The translations under genes and the position numbers were made by a program. From positions 76,432 to 140,431 of the forward strand of contig MCFE01000184.1 in the NCBI GenBank assembly GCA_002104905.1: 64,000 bases of DNA, written 5' to 3'. Numbering within the stretch: position 1 is the stretch's first letter; the number at the start of each line of letters is the position of its first letter. Shown here piece by piece: positions 38,080 to 49,884 of the stretch. The notes below the pieces were generated by a model, which made no database searches, had not been told where the DNA came from, and worked only from the letters and a program-made list of their open reading frames with translations. This DNA is from Basidiobolus meristosporus CBS 931.73 (lineage: Eukaryota; Fungi; Basidiobolomycota).

Positions 38080-41030
38080 CTAGCGCCACTGTGGTTTAGC
38101 GCTTCTTCTGACCGTGCCACCACTAGTGCCAGCTGAGGTGGATCCGAACAACTTCCTGGTGGACCCGGTGGACCCGGTGGACGTTTTCAGAACTCCATTC
38201 ACGGGAGTGTCGCCGCCGCTGACTCGGCCTCGCACTCTCTGGCCACTCCCCGCCTCATTGATTGGGTGGAATCCTGCGCGGCTGCGTCTACGTGCACTAT
38301 TGCTTCTGATGGCACCTGCGCCCCGATTAGCACTGGCTTTGGGGGTGCTGGGCGAAGATCTAGCACTGTTGGTCCTGGGCTTCAGGCTGGATTTCAATAT
38401 GCCGGTGGTCTTCTTGAGAGCAGAGGGGAGGGCCGGCGGCTTGACATAAGGTGAGGATTGATCCGAGTCTCCGTTCATGGCGGACCTGGTGCCTTTCGGA
38501 TCACTTTTGAATGGAGATGACAAATCCCTCTCGGTGAACGTCACCATGCGAGTTCGTTTGGCAGGACCAGCCGTTGAGCCATTGCTTGATGTTGAATTGA
38601 TGCGAACTCGTTTGATGTTTTGTATCTGAGGGGAGCTTGGTACTGGGTTTTGGTTTTCTTTGGCGGGCTTCACCGCCTTCGCCCTCAGCTTGGCGGGAGA
38701 GCGACGTTTCGGCGAGAGGCGTCGCATCAAGATGGCACGAAGAGGGGATTTTCTGGCGGCCGATTTGACTGGGGATCGGGCCAGTTTGGTTGGCCGCGTG
38801 GACCTGATGGTCAGCTCGTTCAGATCGATGGTCAGGTTATCCGAGTCCATCTTGGATACCTCCGGAATGCTCAGCATTTCTTTCAGCTCCTCTTCCACTG
38901 CGCCGTAGGACGTAGCGATGTCCTTTTTCTTGACCACTTCGGCAAACACCGAGATCTGCGACATGTAGATATCGTTCAGATAGGACGTGTCCAATCCTTG
39001 GGATTTCACCATCTCAATGCAGTCGCGGAGCCCGGCCAAGCATGTGGCGTTGGTCCTCATAAAGGCGTGAACGATCTGTGCCTGGCTGCGGCTGGTGCAC
39101 TGATTCAACACAACCAGCTTCTCCAAGCGAGTTCTCAGAGACTCCAGGTTGCGCGTATCGACATTCTGAATATCACCGACCAAGCCTATGTCCTTGAGAG
39201 TGTCGGTGGGCAGCTTGGGTGTCGCTCCTTGGAGCAGTCTCTCTATTAGATGGCGATGACGTTTGTTCGTATCCCATGCGTAATCAAGTCGACGGGCAAT
39301 AGCGTTCTTATTCTCCTCTGCCGCCTGCAGGGCATCCTGAACCATATTGAGGTAAGACTGCATTGTGGTGTCATCCTCGCTGGAGGTTATGACGGTCATG
39401 TACGTATCGCGCCACGCCTTCAGCCCCTCCAGGCGTTGATGGGTATCCATGAACTGCGCCCAGAGGTTGCCGATATCGCTCTCGCACTCATTGACTTTTT
39501 CGTAATGAATGTTGACCTTCTTCTGGGCTTCTTCTATTTGCTTACGCTGAGCCACAGAGAGCTTGAAGCCGCTGGGCTGGCTGTTGATCGATGCTTTCGG
39601 CTCGCTGTCTTTGACAACCAGCTTCCTCTTGAGCTCCTCCACCTCCGAACGTAGATCCTTGATGATTTTGACGTACTGCGAGACATGCATGTTGACACTC
39701 AGCGTGTTCTTCTCCACGCGATTCTTGATGTTTTTCGCCCGATTGGCGTATTTCAAGGTGTTGTGGGTTTCGTCGTAATAGAGGCTGGACGGACTCACGC
39801 AGACGATCATGACGGTCTTACAATTTCCCCCCAGAGAGAATTTCAAAAGCCGGGTCAACTTGCTGTCACGATATGGGATGTGGGCTTTTTTGGTCTCGTC
39901 ACAGAGGGCGTTGATGCAATTACCAAGGGCTAGAGCATCGGGAACCACGTTAACATCATTGATCGGTTAAGAAGCACGAGCACGATATAGGCTTACCAAG
40001 CAATGATCTATTAATATTGGCTCCCTCCTGGAGGCGTTCTCCCTTATTGGCGGTTACCGAGGCCCGCTCGCTGCCAGCCAGATCAATCAAACTCAAGGTG
40101 GCCATGACGTAGTCGGTGGTGATGTTGGCCGTCCTGGGCCTTTGCTTGATGTGGATCTGCAACACCGCGTGAGAGCGAGATGAGGTGGCGTTGGCCTCGG
40201 TTGGTGAGATGGTACGGTTTCGATTGCCACGAAGGATCATGCTCATCACTTGTTCAACCTAGGGGTCAAGTTAGTCGTTGACTCGGCGGTGGTGTCATCA
40301 AGTGTGGACTTACGTCTCGTGGAAAGTGCTCACTAAGGCCGGACACAACAACTTTCTTGCTCGAATCTTCGCGTAACGCAAGTGGTGGAGACACCTTTCC
40401 CTCTGGGATGAGCAGGTCTCGAATCGTCTCGTTATACACCTCTAGATAAGATAGAGACACCTCGACAGTCTTTTCGTTCTCTACGGCGCTGATGCGATTG
40501 AAGAGCTCTTGCATGGTCAGAAAAATAATCCCTGGGTTTTCTGGAGTGCCGCTGATGGTGTGGGTTTTACCGCAGCCAGTAGCCTAGAGATAGCAAAAAT
40601 GAGAGTGTGCTCTTGATGGAATCCAGATTAATCTACATACACCATAGGCAAACACAGTCGAATTGAACCCGCCCATAACGTTCTCAATCAAGGATTTACT
40701 CGTTCCCTCAAACACGTCCTCCTGGGTAGAATCCTCGTCAAAGACACGATCGAACACAAATCTTGCGTCCTTGTGGCGTTTGTTGCTGGCTCCGATTTTG
40801 TGGGAGGAGCGCATATCCTCGGGTGGATCGAATACGACGACGTGGTCGTCTATAACGTGGACCACCTTCCGCACGTACTTAGAGGGGGGCTGCTCATTGG
40901 ATGTCTGGAACGCAGTAGCAAACGGGAATCTGTGATTGTTGCTCGGTGGAAGCAAGGCTATTTCGCGTTCATTGAATGGGCGAACTCTTACTGCGACCAA
41001 GATAGCCGATTCGCTTGAATCTGAAGACAT
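38080..41030 (-). CDS. KIP3: Kinesin-8 motor (Kip3/Klp5-6 type), multi-exon
   Basis: [76 protein letters not shown]; basic C-terminal tail. Confidence 0.93.
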
Positions 41031-41809
41031 GATTCAATGGACTATGGAAAGGGATTGGCCTTTGAGCTGGACAAAGGGTGGATATGGTACCAAAGAGAGC
41101 AGAGGAAAACAAAATCACTGAAAGTGGGGAGTCAATATGATGTGGATTGGTAGCGTCAATGCTTGATAGATCAACGTGAGCCATCATCGCTGCTAGTTAC
41201 CAAACGAGAAAATTTCAAAACAAAAACAAATGGGAATTCTACACCAATGATAGTGAGCAACGACCGTTAACAAAAGTAAATAAACACATGTGTGCATTGC
41301 ATGTATTTACGAAGAATTGATTTATGCACTCATCACGATTAGCGAAATGATGTTGCCACATGGCTAAATCATCATTAATCGGACTCTTGGAATTAAACCT
41401 AATTGTAACCATCATTGCTGCCGATACATGGAGTTGATACTAAATATGGTAGAGTGATGCCATTTTGGAGTAATTTATACAAAGCCAGGGGTGGGGATTG
41501 TTCCATCGTCAAATATGGGAATCCCCAGTAAAAACCCACATTCTGGGCGCCCATCGGATGTATGATTGGTCAGACCCCATAAAGCGTATTTTCCATCATC
41601 ATCCTTCTTTTCATATTACCAATTCGAGAATATGAGATGCGAAATGGGTGATTGACTAGATCATCAAAGACCCTTTGGAGAAAAGGAAACTCAATCAAGT
41701 AACAAACGTTAATTTCCAGCCAATATACCGATTATTATTACTATTATTATTACCAATATACAATGTGATGCATTAGAAGTATTTTACAGGGTTACAAGGT
41801 GTCACAAAG

Positions 41810-42902
41810 CTATTGCCAATAACTGGGGGGTAAATCGGTGGGTAAATAGTCGGGTAAGTCATTCGTGATCGGAAGGTATTTTGGTGGGCGATCAGCCGTG
41901 ATTTCATTGTAATTGGGCAGAATCTCGGATATAACACAGTCATGGTTGGACTTGGAAATCGGGTCGGGAGCAATGAATATCGGAAGAGAGGTAATCATAC
42001 TGGTGCACATCCCGCCCACTTCAAGCTCTATCTTGGCATAGAGCCTGTGGGAGACCTCCACATACTCCGAGGAGGCATCGAGGTGAAGCCTCTTTGAGAT
42101 CTTGGGTATGCGAATCTTAATTGTCTGTTCTGTTTCGTCACAGCTGAAGTAGTTGGAGACTGCATGGACCGATTTGCGGCTCTCAACCGTGGTGGTGTTG
42201 CTAGGGTCGCTGGCGTCAGGGACACGGTAAAGCGTGATCTCGCCGAGAATCACCTCAACCCCGATAATATGAACTTGCCGATAAAGTGGAATGTGGTGGA
42301 AATGGACGGGTACGACTTTCCCAGGACTCAGGTAATGGTCGGGGATAGATACGTCGTAGGACACGAGATCCTTCCAGACACCCTGTGCTTTGGTATTGAA
42401 CAAATTAAAGGCTACTGGGTTCAGAGTTTTCGAGAGGTGGACCGGCTTTTCTGCCCTGAAATTAAACTGAAAGATGGAGGTTTCGGCGATGGCACTAAAA
42501 CCGTATTCTATTTGGGCATTCTCTGCTTCCAGTGATTCGGGGAGACTGCAGGGGAGGGCTAGTTCAAATGGGTAGGAGTAGGTTTGGTGGGTGAAGAGGG
42601 AGGGGTTTCTGCTTTGGTCTAGAAATGACCAGGCATGGTGGACAAGACTTCTCTGGGTTTTCTGAATACCTGGAGACGATTTAGTTGATGTCATGGTGGG
42701 GAAGAATCGGCAGTTGTGACTCACCTTTGTATAATGTCAAGTCACCATGGAATTTCAGCTGGATTCGATGGATTTTCACAGGCGAAGCGGGCACAAATAT
42801 CAAATTGCCTTTGATTAGAAAGAAGGAGTTCTCATCGTCATCAGGTCCGGTGAGGAAGTGATCTTGCATAAGCTCAATCTGGAAAATCCCTTGGTTGAAC
42901 AT
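41810..42902 (-). CDS. Alpha-arrestin (ART family), 2 exons
   Basis: Arrestin-fold motifs YPFELALPCSLPES, IEYGFSAIA, VSHRLYAKIE; four C-terminal PY-like motifs (LPNY, PPKY, LPDY, PPSY). Intron ~42724-42670. Confidence 0.82.
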
Positions 42903-43240
42903 GGCCGAAGAGTGCCTATGGGTGAATTGGAGGCAAGGCTTATATACACTAAGCGCAGCTTTGCTCCGGTCAATGAATCCGAGCAAGAATAACCGAGTGT
43001 CCAATATGGGCCTGCAATCATGCAACTGAAGTGCCTTAAATGTCTATTTTACCGCTCAAGTTAATTACAGTTCAGCAGTAATCGACCCGAGGTCAGCACT
43101 CAAGGCATGGAATTCGAAACCTGATTTGGGGAATATTTAGCCGAAACAGCCAACCATGATTGTAACTTACTCGGTCAATCCTCCGTCTGTGTTACCTCGG
43201 TATATGCATGGCACCTTGAATGAGCTGGGGTGACTGATAT

Positions 43241-43301
43241 GAGGAATGGTTGACCGATGGGATGGGATGGGATGCGATGCGATGCGATGCGAGGAATGGT
43301 T
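43241..43301. repeat. (GATGG)3(GATGC)4 microsatellite flanked by an 11-bp direct repeat GAGGAATGGTT
   Basis: Array at 43256-43292; flanking repeat at 43241-43251 and 43291-43301. Confidence 0.85.
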
Positions 43302-43767
43302 AATTGATATCACGTACACAACGAATCATCTGTCCAACTGCAAACACATCAGACCATGGCAACAAATCTTTCGACTCCCGTATCAACGAATCATGATAAC
43401 GAATCTTTCGAAATCTATAGCCAACAGGCAGCGAGCCCAGACGACTCAAGCAAGAAAAGATGCATTTGGATGGGATTTCCTTCCAATTCCAGAAAATGAT
43501 GGCAATGGAAGGTCGAAATTTCCCTGAGCTGAGCCATTTCCAGTCACTGAGTCTATATTTTGTAAACTCTGGGAAAGCTGGAACTTTAAATCGAAGATCA
43601 ACAAAGGCTAATCTGATATTAACCATATATGGTCAATGTAAATGGCAAGCAGAACATTTGAACAGAATATTTGCTGAGATCTAGACGGGATCAGGAATTT
43701 TTCGATCAAGCTTGACCGCACGATATAAATTGTACACCAATGCCCTTGCTTGTGAATTCACGTCAGT

Positions 43768-45097
43768 ATGTCTCTTCCTCTCAAAAATATGATATGGATG
43801 GCTCTTGAGCCTATCCTCAAGCTGCTGATCAATGCTGGTAACTACGCGTTTCTTTTTCCTTTGTTTCTTGCTTATGGATACTTACTCTTATTTTCCAACA
43901 GCTGGTGGCTTTGCATTGGCGAGAGCAGGGATTATCACTCCGGCCAGTGCTAGAACTGTATCCAAGATCATCGTAAACTTTCTACTGCCTTCGCTGTTGA
44001 TAGCAAAGCTTGTGCCACACCTTGATCTGTCCGAGATGAAGAACATGGGTGTATCCATTCTTGTTCTCGTGACGTATATTCTGGTTGGCCTGGTCGGCGG
44101 CCTTCTCATGAGGCGTTTCCTTCCCCTCCCTGATGGTTTCAAGGGTGGGTTTGTAGCCATGAATGTGTGGGGAAACTTCGCCGATCTCCCGCTTGCAGTG
44201 TTGATGTCTATTGGAAATAGTCCGCCATTTCTTCCCGGCGAGTCTTCCAAAGGGTCTGCCTACACCGCCATGTTCTACGTGGTCTTCAATTTTACCCTCT
44301 TCGTCTGCGGTGGTTCAAGCCTTATCGAGAATGATTTCATAAACCCCACCTTGCTCCCAGAGACACAGCACGTAACGGAATTGCCGGAGAAAACGGCTGA
44401 TTATCCTAAAACCGATGCCACCCAGGGTGCTGAACCCCCAACTGCTGTTGACCATCTGGATAGGGTGATCAGAATCCATGCCAACGACTCAAGCGCTACT
44501 ATCGTAGACCCTTCCAAGGGTGCTTCAAAATCTTCAAACAGTGCACAGAAGTGGAAGGCTGGACTGAAGAAGTTCCTCAAATCTCTCATGTACCCACCTA
44601 ATCTGGCCACTTTCATTGCTATTGCTATCGCATTGATTTCACCGTTGAAAGATCTCTTTGTCGTCAAGCCCGGTAGCGACCACCAACCATGCCTTAATTG
44701 GGTGCTGGAAAGTATCATCACCATTTCCGGCGGTTACGTTCCCCTTGCGTTTATGAACCTTGGCGCCGCTTTATCGAAGATCAGTGTCCGCCGTGTACCC
44801 AAGGTTGCTGCTATCGCCATCACTATCTTCAAAATGTTTGTGTTCCCATTGATGGGCATTGGATTTTGTCAGTTGTTGACATATCACACACCATTGATCG
44901 ACCCGGAGGATCGCGTTTTCCGTTTCCTTCTCATGTTTGGTTCTACTGTACCTTCAGCTACTACGCTTTTGATTTTGACTCAAGTTTACAATCCCACCGG
45001 AAAGTCCAAGGAAATCGCCGGAATTCTGGCTCTTCAGTATATTGTGGGTTTCTTCACCATGGTTATATCTATGGTTTTCATCCTAAATATGTTATAA
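43768..45097 (+). CDS. Auxin-efflux-carrier (AEC/Mem_trans, Ecm3/PILS-like) transporter, 2 exons
   Basis: About 10 hydrophobic segments; IIVNFLLPSLL, WGNFADLPLAVL, GGYVPLAFMNLGAAL, STVPSATTL. Short exon 1 (MSLPLKNMIWMALEPILKLLINA) then a GTAACT...CAG intron. Confidence 0.88.
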
Positions 45098-45240
45098 TAA
45101 CGAATGTAAATTGAGATAGACTAATGTAAATTATCAATAATAAAACCTCTTATTCCTTATTTCCTTTGGATTTTTATTTCCCCATCAACTCTACCAAAGC
45201 ATTCGATCAGCAAGTACGCATTATACATGTTCTGGGGTGC

Positions 45241-48200
45241 TTAAGTAGACACGCTTTGGAGATATTTATACAATTGTTGTCGCATCCGCCTACAGTTCCT
45301 GTGAGCATCTAGTGGTACATACTCTCCATGTTGACTCTGAAGGGTCCTGAACGAAGAGAGGGATCTTTTCAAGTATTTGACTGATGTTAAATTTGACATT
45401 TCCCTGCCTAGTTGTACGGTGGTGTCCAAGATTGGCGTAAGATTTGCCGGCCGCAGGTTCTTTAAGCACGTCTATTCCAATGTTAGTTCGCTCGAGTTTT
45501 GACAAGCTGAGAGGATATCATGGACGCTTACCAAGAGCTCGGTCCCATTTAGATCCATCAATACCTCTCGTTGACTTACCAAGACTGCATTGATCAATGT
45601 GTAGAGATAGCCTGGCTCCTGAGTCACTAAATGGTCCCAGATTCGTGCCCATCTAGCCGAGCTAAATGTCTCAGAAAACAAAGTTTCAACCATTGCCCAT
45701 ATATAAGCCTAAAGGTGAAGCAAGATCAGAGCTTGGTGACTGGTTTGTTTTCTTGGCAAGTTACCTTTGGAGTGAGCTTGTTTCGCAGAAAGTGATCATA
45801 CAGCGCTGGGTCTTGAATTTGCAATATATTATCGGCCAAAGTGAGGGGGAGTTGGGGAGGTTCGTTGCCATCCCAAAAGCCTTGGGTCCAGTTTACTGCA
45901 GGTGCATCAGTAGTTTGCCTAAAAACAACAATTTAGACTGGATTTCAACTTACCGAGAATTGTCGCCAACATTTCAAACGTCTCGCATGTATGCGCGTTG
46001 AACAGTATAACAAACGGAAAGATCATCTTGGTCAGGGTTTCCGTATGCTTGACATGGCCAAAAACGCTTGGTGACCAATAAGCCAAACAGGAGATTGTTC
46101 TTTGAGAGAGAGAGAGAGAGGGTCTCATGTTAGCCCGATTTAAAGCGTCTTCAGTGGTATATATGCACACACCTTTTCATTAGATGTTCGAGCTCTTTAT
46201 CCTTCAAATGAAACAGGTCCTGGAATTTTTCAATTACTGGATGATCGCCTTTGATCTCCAAATTATGAAACGCCTCTCGATCACCAGGAATGTCCAGAAG
46301 CTGCTTCCAGATAGCCAACCTAAGAAGATTTCTGACTTAGCTAGTTATACCATACATGCATATATAGGTAAACCTGAGCACTTGCCTTTCCCGAGAAGGA
46401 TACCCCTTTTGTTTACGTAAATATTTCCACAATATTTCCTTGCTAAGGAAGGAAGTTCCCTACAGAATAGCTGAATATCTGGTAAAGGTACGCAGTATAG
46501 CATTCATAGAGCCGTACCGGTACCGTCGAAAACTGAGAGCTGTTGACTGAGTTTTCGGAGAGTTTTGAGGTCTTTGTTGAAGTGGGTGTGTGTTGTTCAG
46601 GATCTTTTGGGGTTCCAAAACCTCCATCTAGTGTTGAAGGTATACCAATCAGAAGAGCCGCAGTACAGTTACTGGCTATTGAATGCGCATACCTGAACGT
46701 TTTGATGAGCCCTTGTAGCTGAATAGACTATCTAATAGCCCAGTGCGATATGAGCTTTCATGGTGCTAAATTCTGTAAAGGATGATGGCTATGTATTACC
46801 AATATCTTCATTTTGGAAGTTCGACGGCTTCATCTGTTTGGTAGGTTTTGGAAAAACATCGTAGTTGGATGGACTTTCTACAAAAATTAGAGTTATTCAA
46901 AGGTGCTTCAAGCTGCACACCGCTTTCGCCTCACCTGCTTCTCTCTTTATCTTCATAAACGGTTTAGACTCCTCTGTGATCTCTAATTTTCAAGTAGGCC
47001 GATTAGTGTGCGGGATATGAGGGTACAGCAGAAGGGATTACCTTCAGATTCAGGGACATCCAGACACTTCGATACTTCCAGATATGCAGGCAGTTCTCTT
47101 TTAAATTCCTGAAAAGATGGGGTGCTCAGCATTGGTATGTTCCTTTTTATCTGGTAATAAATACTCATTACTTCTCCCAAAAAATCTGATGTTGCCCAAA
47201 GCAAGATCACCGAGTTCTGAAGCACACAGGTAGTTACCAAGTAGCCTCCATCAAAAGAGATTTCGAACAGTGATATCTATAAAAGCTCAATAATCATTGA
47301 ATGCAGGTATAGAAATCGGCATCCTCCCCACCTTAAAATCAATATCTAGCTGTTGTACTTGGTCGAGTCTTTCAATGTCTAGAGAATAGAGTATCCCTTT
47401 GCTGTTCAAAACCAGTATTTTCTGACATTCGGTTAATCGCAATATTTCGTCAAGATACTCTATTGTGCCTCATACCTTGCTACTGCCAACAAATTTCATG
47501 TCGATGATTCCGCATTGGAAGCACTCGTGATTACATTGGCCAAGAGACTCTTGAGACTTCATGTCCATAACTGTCAGTGAACTACGATGCTCGATGAATT
47601 AAAACCTATAAGCCGGTTGGATTTCGAGCGGCCGTATGCGACTTACTCTGTCCCGTAGACAAATAATCCGTCTTCGTGATTGAATGCAATATTCCCGCCA
47701 GGATTTGCTTCTTCCCCAGGCGTCGTTGGCTGACAGTACTCCCAGATACATTCGAAATTCTGACTGTTCCAGAGTGTGATCGCACCGTCGTTATGAATGA
47801 CATAAATGTACTTGCCAGTGGCCGAAAAGCTCGCCTAGTTATAATGTTCTTTAGCTCCCTATTCTTCCATGACCCATTTGAGGCATTGAAATTACCTTTT
47901 GAACTCCTACTGAATTTGAGACAAGTACTCTTTTACGACTCCAGTTTTGACGATCCCAAATGGTTGCATCACTGAAAGTAGTAAGTAGAGCTAAGGAGCT
48001 AGAGGGATCTACTGAAATATGCCGAATTGGAAACTTGTGAGCCTTTAAGATTTTTGCAATCGGTTTTCTGGTGTCTAGAGAAATACGAACGTCTGCTTCA
48101 ATAAAAGTATATACTTTGTCATTCCGAAACAGTCATTACCAAGATTATAACACCCAATCGATGTATTTGAGAAGCCAATAATCAATTCTCGTGTATTCTT

Positions 48201-48673
48201 CGAGCTATGGATGCTAATTGCTGTGCCAGCTATACCGATACGCGCAAGTAGCCAGAATCTTTTGTGGGTTCGTAAGCTCAACCGCGTCATAAACAAATAT
48301 CTATTGTGAACCTAACTGATTGGCTTCAAAGTCGAAGATGTACAGGTTCCCCAAATGATCTACAGTAGAAAGCACTGCTTCTGACCAGACTTGTGCTGCA
48401 GGGGTGCTAGTCTTCTTAAAGAAGCTCATGTCACTGAAACGGACACTTTTTGGTGACGGAAGTCTTTCACTTGGCGTACGCGAATTAGAGATCATAGCTA
48501 AAGGTCTGATATTATATATTAGCATTTCATACAGATCTATCAAAGCTTCAACTCTCCACTCACTCTACGTTGAGGTTGGATTTTTTCTCTTTTAGATTCT
48601 TGTAATCCCATATTACACCTTTCTTAACGTCGCCAATGAACACCACACTGGTGGTTCTTTTCTCACTCTCCAT
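45241..48673 (-). CDS. TBC1D31: TBC1D31/WDR67 orthologue (WD40 repeats + TBC-like domain), ~16 short exons, no C-terminal coiled coil
   Basis: Manually spliced exons align in order with human TBC1D31 as recalled: KGVIWDYK, VRFSDMSF...DHLGNLYIFD, FWLLARIGIAGTAI, AHKFPIRHISVD...ATIWD...SVGVQK, YPSRERLAIWKQLL, RTISCLAYWS...IFPFV, NWTQGFW...DPALYDHF, YIWAMVETLFSE...WARIWDHL. No in-frame stops found once the introns are removed. Confidence 0.82.
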
Positions 48674-48873
48674 CAATGCGTTTAGATGTTGATGACAAAG
48701 ATACTACATCAGTGAATTTCGTAGAAATGATCTTTTTGATTCGAATCGGATTTATCGAGATACATAATGATAACACACTACATATTAAAATCGAGTCAAA
48801 TTATAAGATGCATATTGCTCAGTAAATGCTCATGTACGAAAGGAGGCTTTCAGGTATTATGGGAATGGAGAGG

Positions 48874-49630
48874 TCATATCTTGGGAATCTTAAGAGATTG
48901 TGAGATCATCAGTGTCCCACTCAACGCATAGCTTAATACAAGCGGGTGGAAAGTCAGGGTATTGGCGAGACTTGCAACTCCGCCTGGTAATGCGGTCTGG
49001 ATGTCTCCCACATATACAAGATACCCCAGATAGCCGGTGATTAGGAGGGTGGTAGGAATGGGGGTTCCTTCAAAGTGCTTTACCTTACCACTTTCGTCTT
49101 TTGGCAAGGACGCAACTGTTGCATTATATCTGGCCAATCGAGCGATTCCACAGGACACAAAGTAAAGGAGAACACAGATATCAATAACGGAACGGAGCCC
49201 CAAAGTAAACCCGAACACTGCAGGAGCGACCCCAAAAGATATCTGTTTAAACAATAGGCTTGGTTAGAGCGCTCTGTGTCAGGGCCAACATTACTAATAC
49301 ACGCACCAAGTCAGCTAAAGAGTCCAACTCCTGGCCTAGCAGAGAAGAATTTTTACGCCACCTAGCTACTCTACCGTCCATAAAGTCAAAGAAGGTTCCC
49401 AATGGGATTAGCCAAAAGGCAACCCATAGGTATACGGTGTTGTTCTCTATGAGATATGACATGGAAGCAAATATGGAGCCAGTTCCACAGGTGCCATTTA
49501 ACAATGTCAAGAAATCGGCGAGGTGAAACTCACGGACCAAATTGAAGTGGTTATTCAGATATTCTACAGTAGAGCTAGCAGGTGTGCTATGCTGCTCCGA
49601 AGTCTGCAGTCTATTACGAAGAGTTGACAT
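48874..49630 (-). CDS. CHO1: CDP-diacylglycerol-serine O-phosphatidyltransferase (phosphatidylserine synthase), 2 exons
   Basis: LADFLTLLNG, CDP-alcohol motif DFMDGRVARWR...GQELDSLADL, ISFGVAPA, RLARYN, FEGTPIPT. Confidence 0.95.
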
Positions 49631-49884
49631 GGTTGGAGAATCGAATCTAGTACTGGTGCAAGAACAGATGAATAGAAAAATATATATATACATACACATG
49701 TGTGTGTGTGTGACCATGCGAATCCATTTGATTTTATATGATGGCTGAAATTCATGATGAGGTCATGGTATTTATCGACGTCACAACAATGCAATCATGG
49801 CAAGGCTATTTTTAACTGTCATAGTCACTGGTGAAGTAAACATTTCTTTATCTACATTTGAACATCGCTATAATCAATTGCCGT

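Noticed and set aside
46105-46120. (GA)8 microsatellite
   Set aside because: It simply forms the polypyrimidine tract of a TBC1D31 intron on the minus strand.
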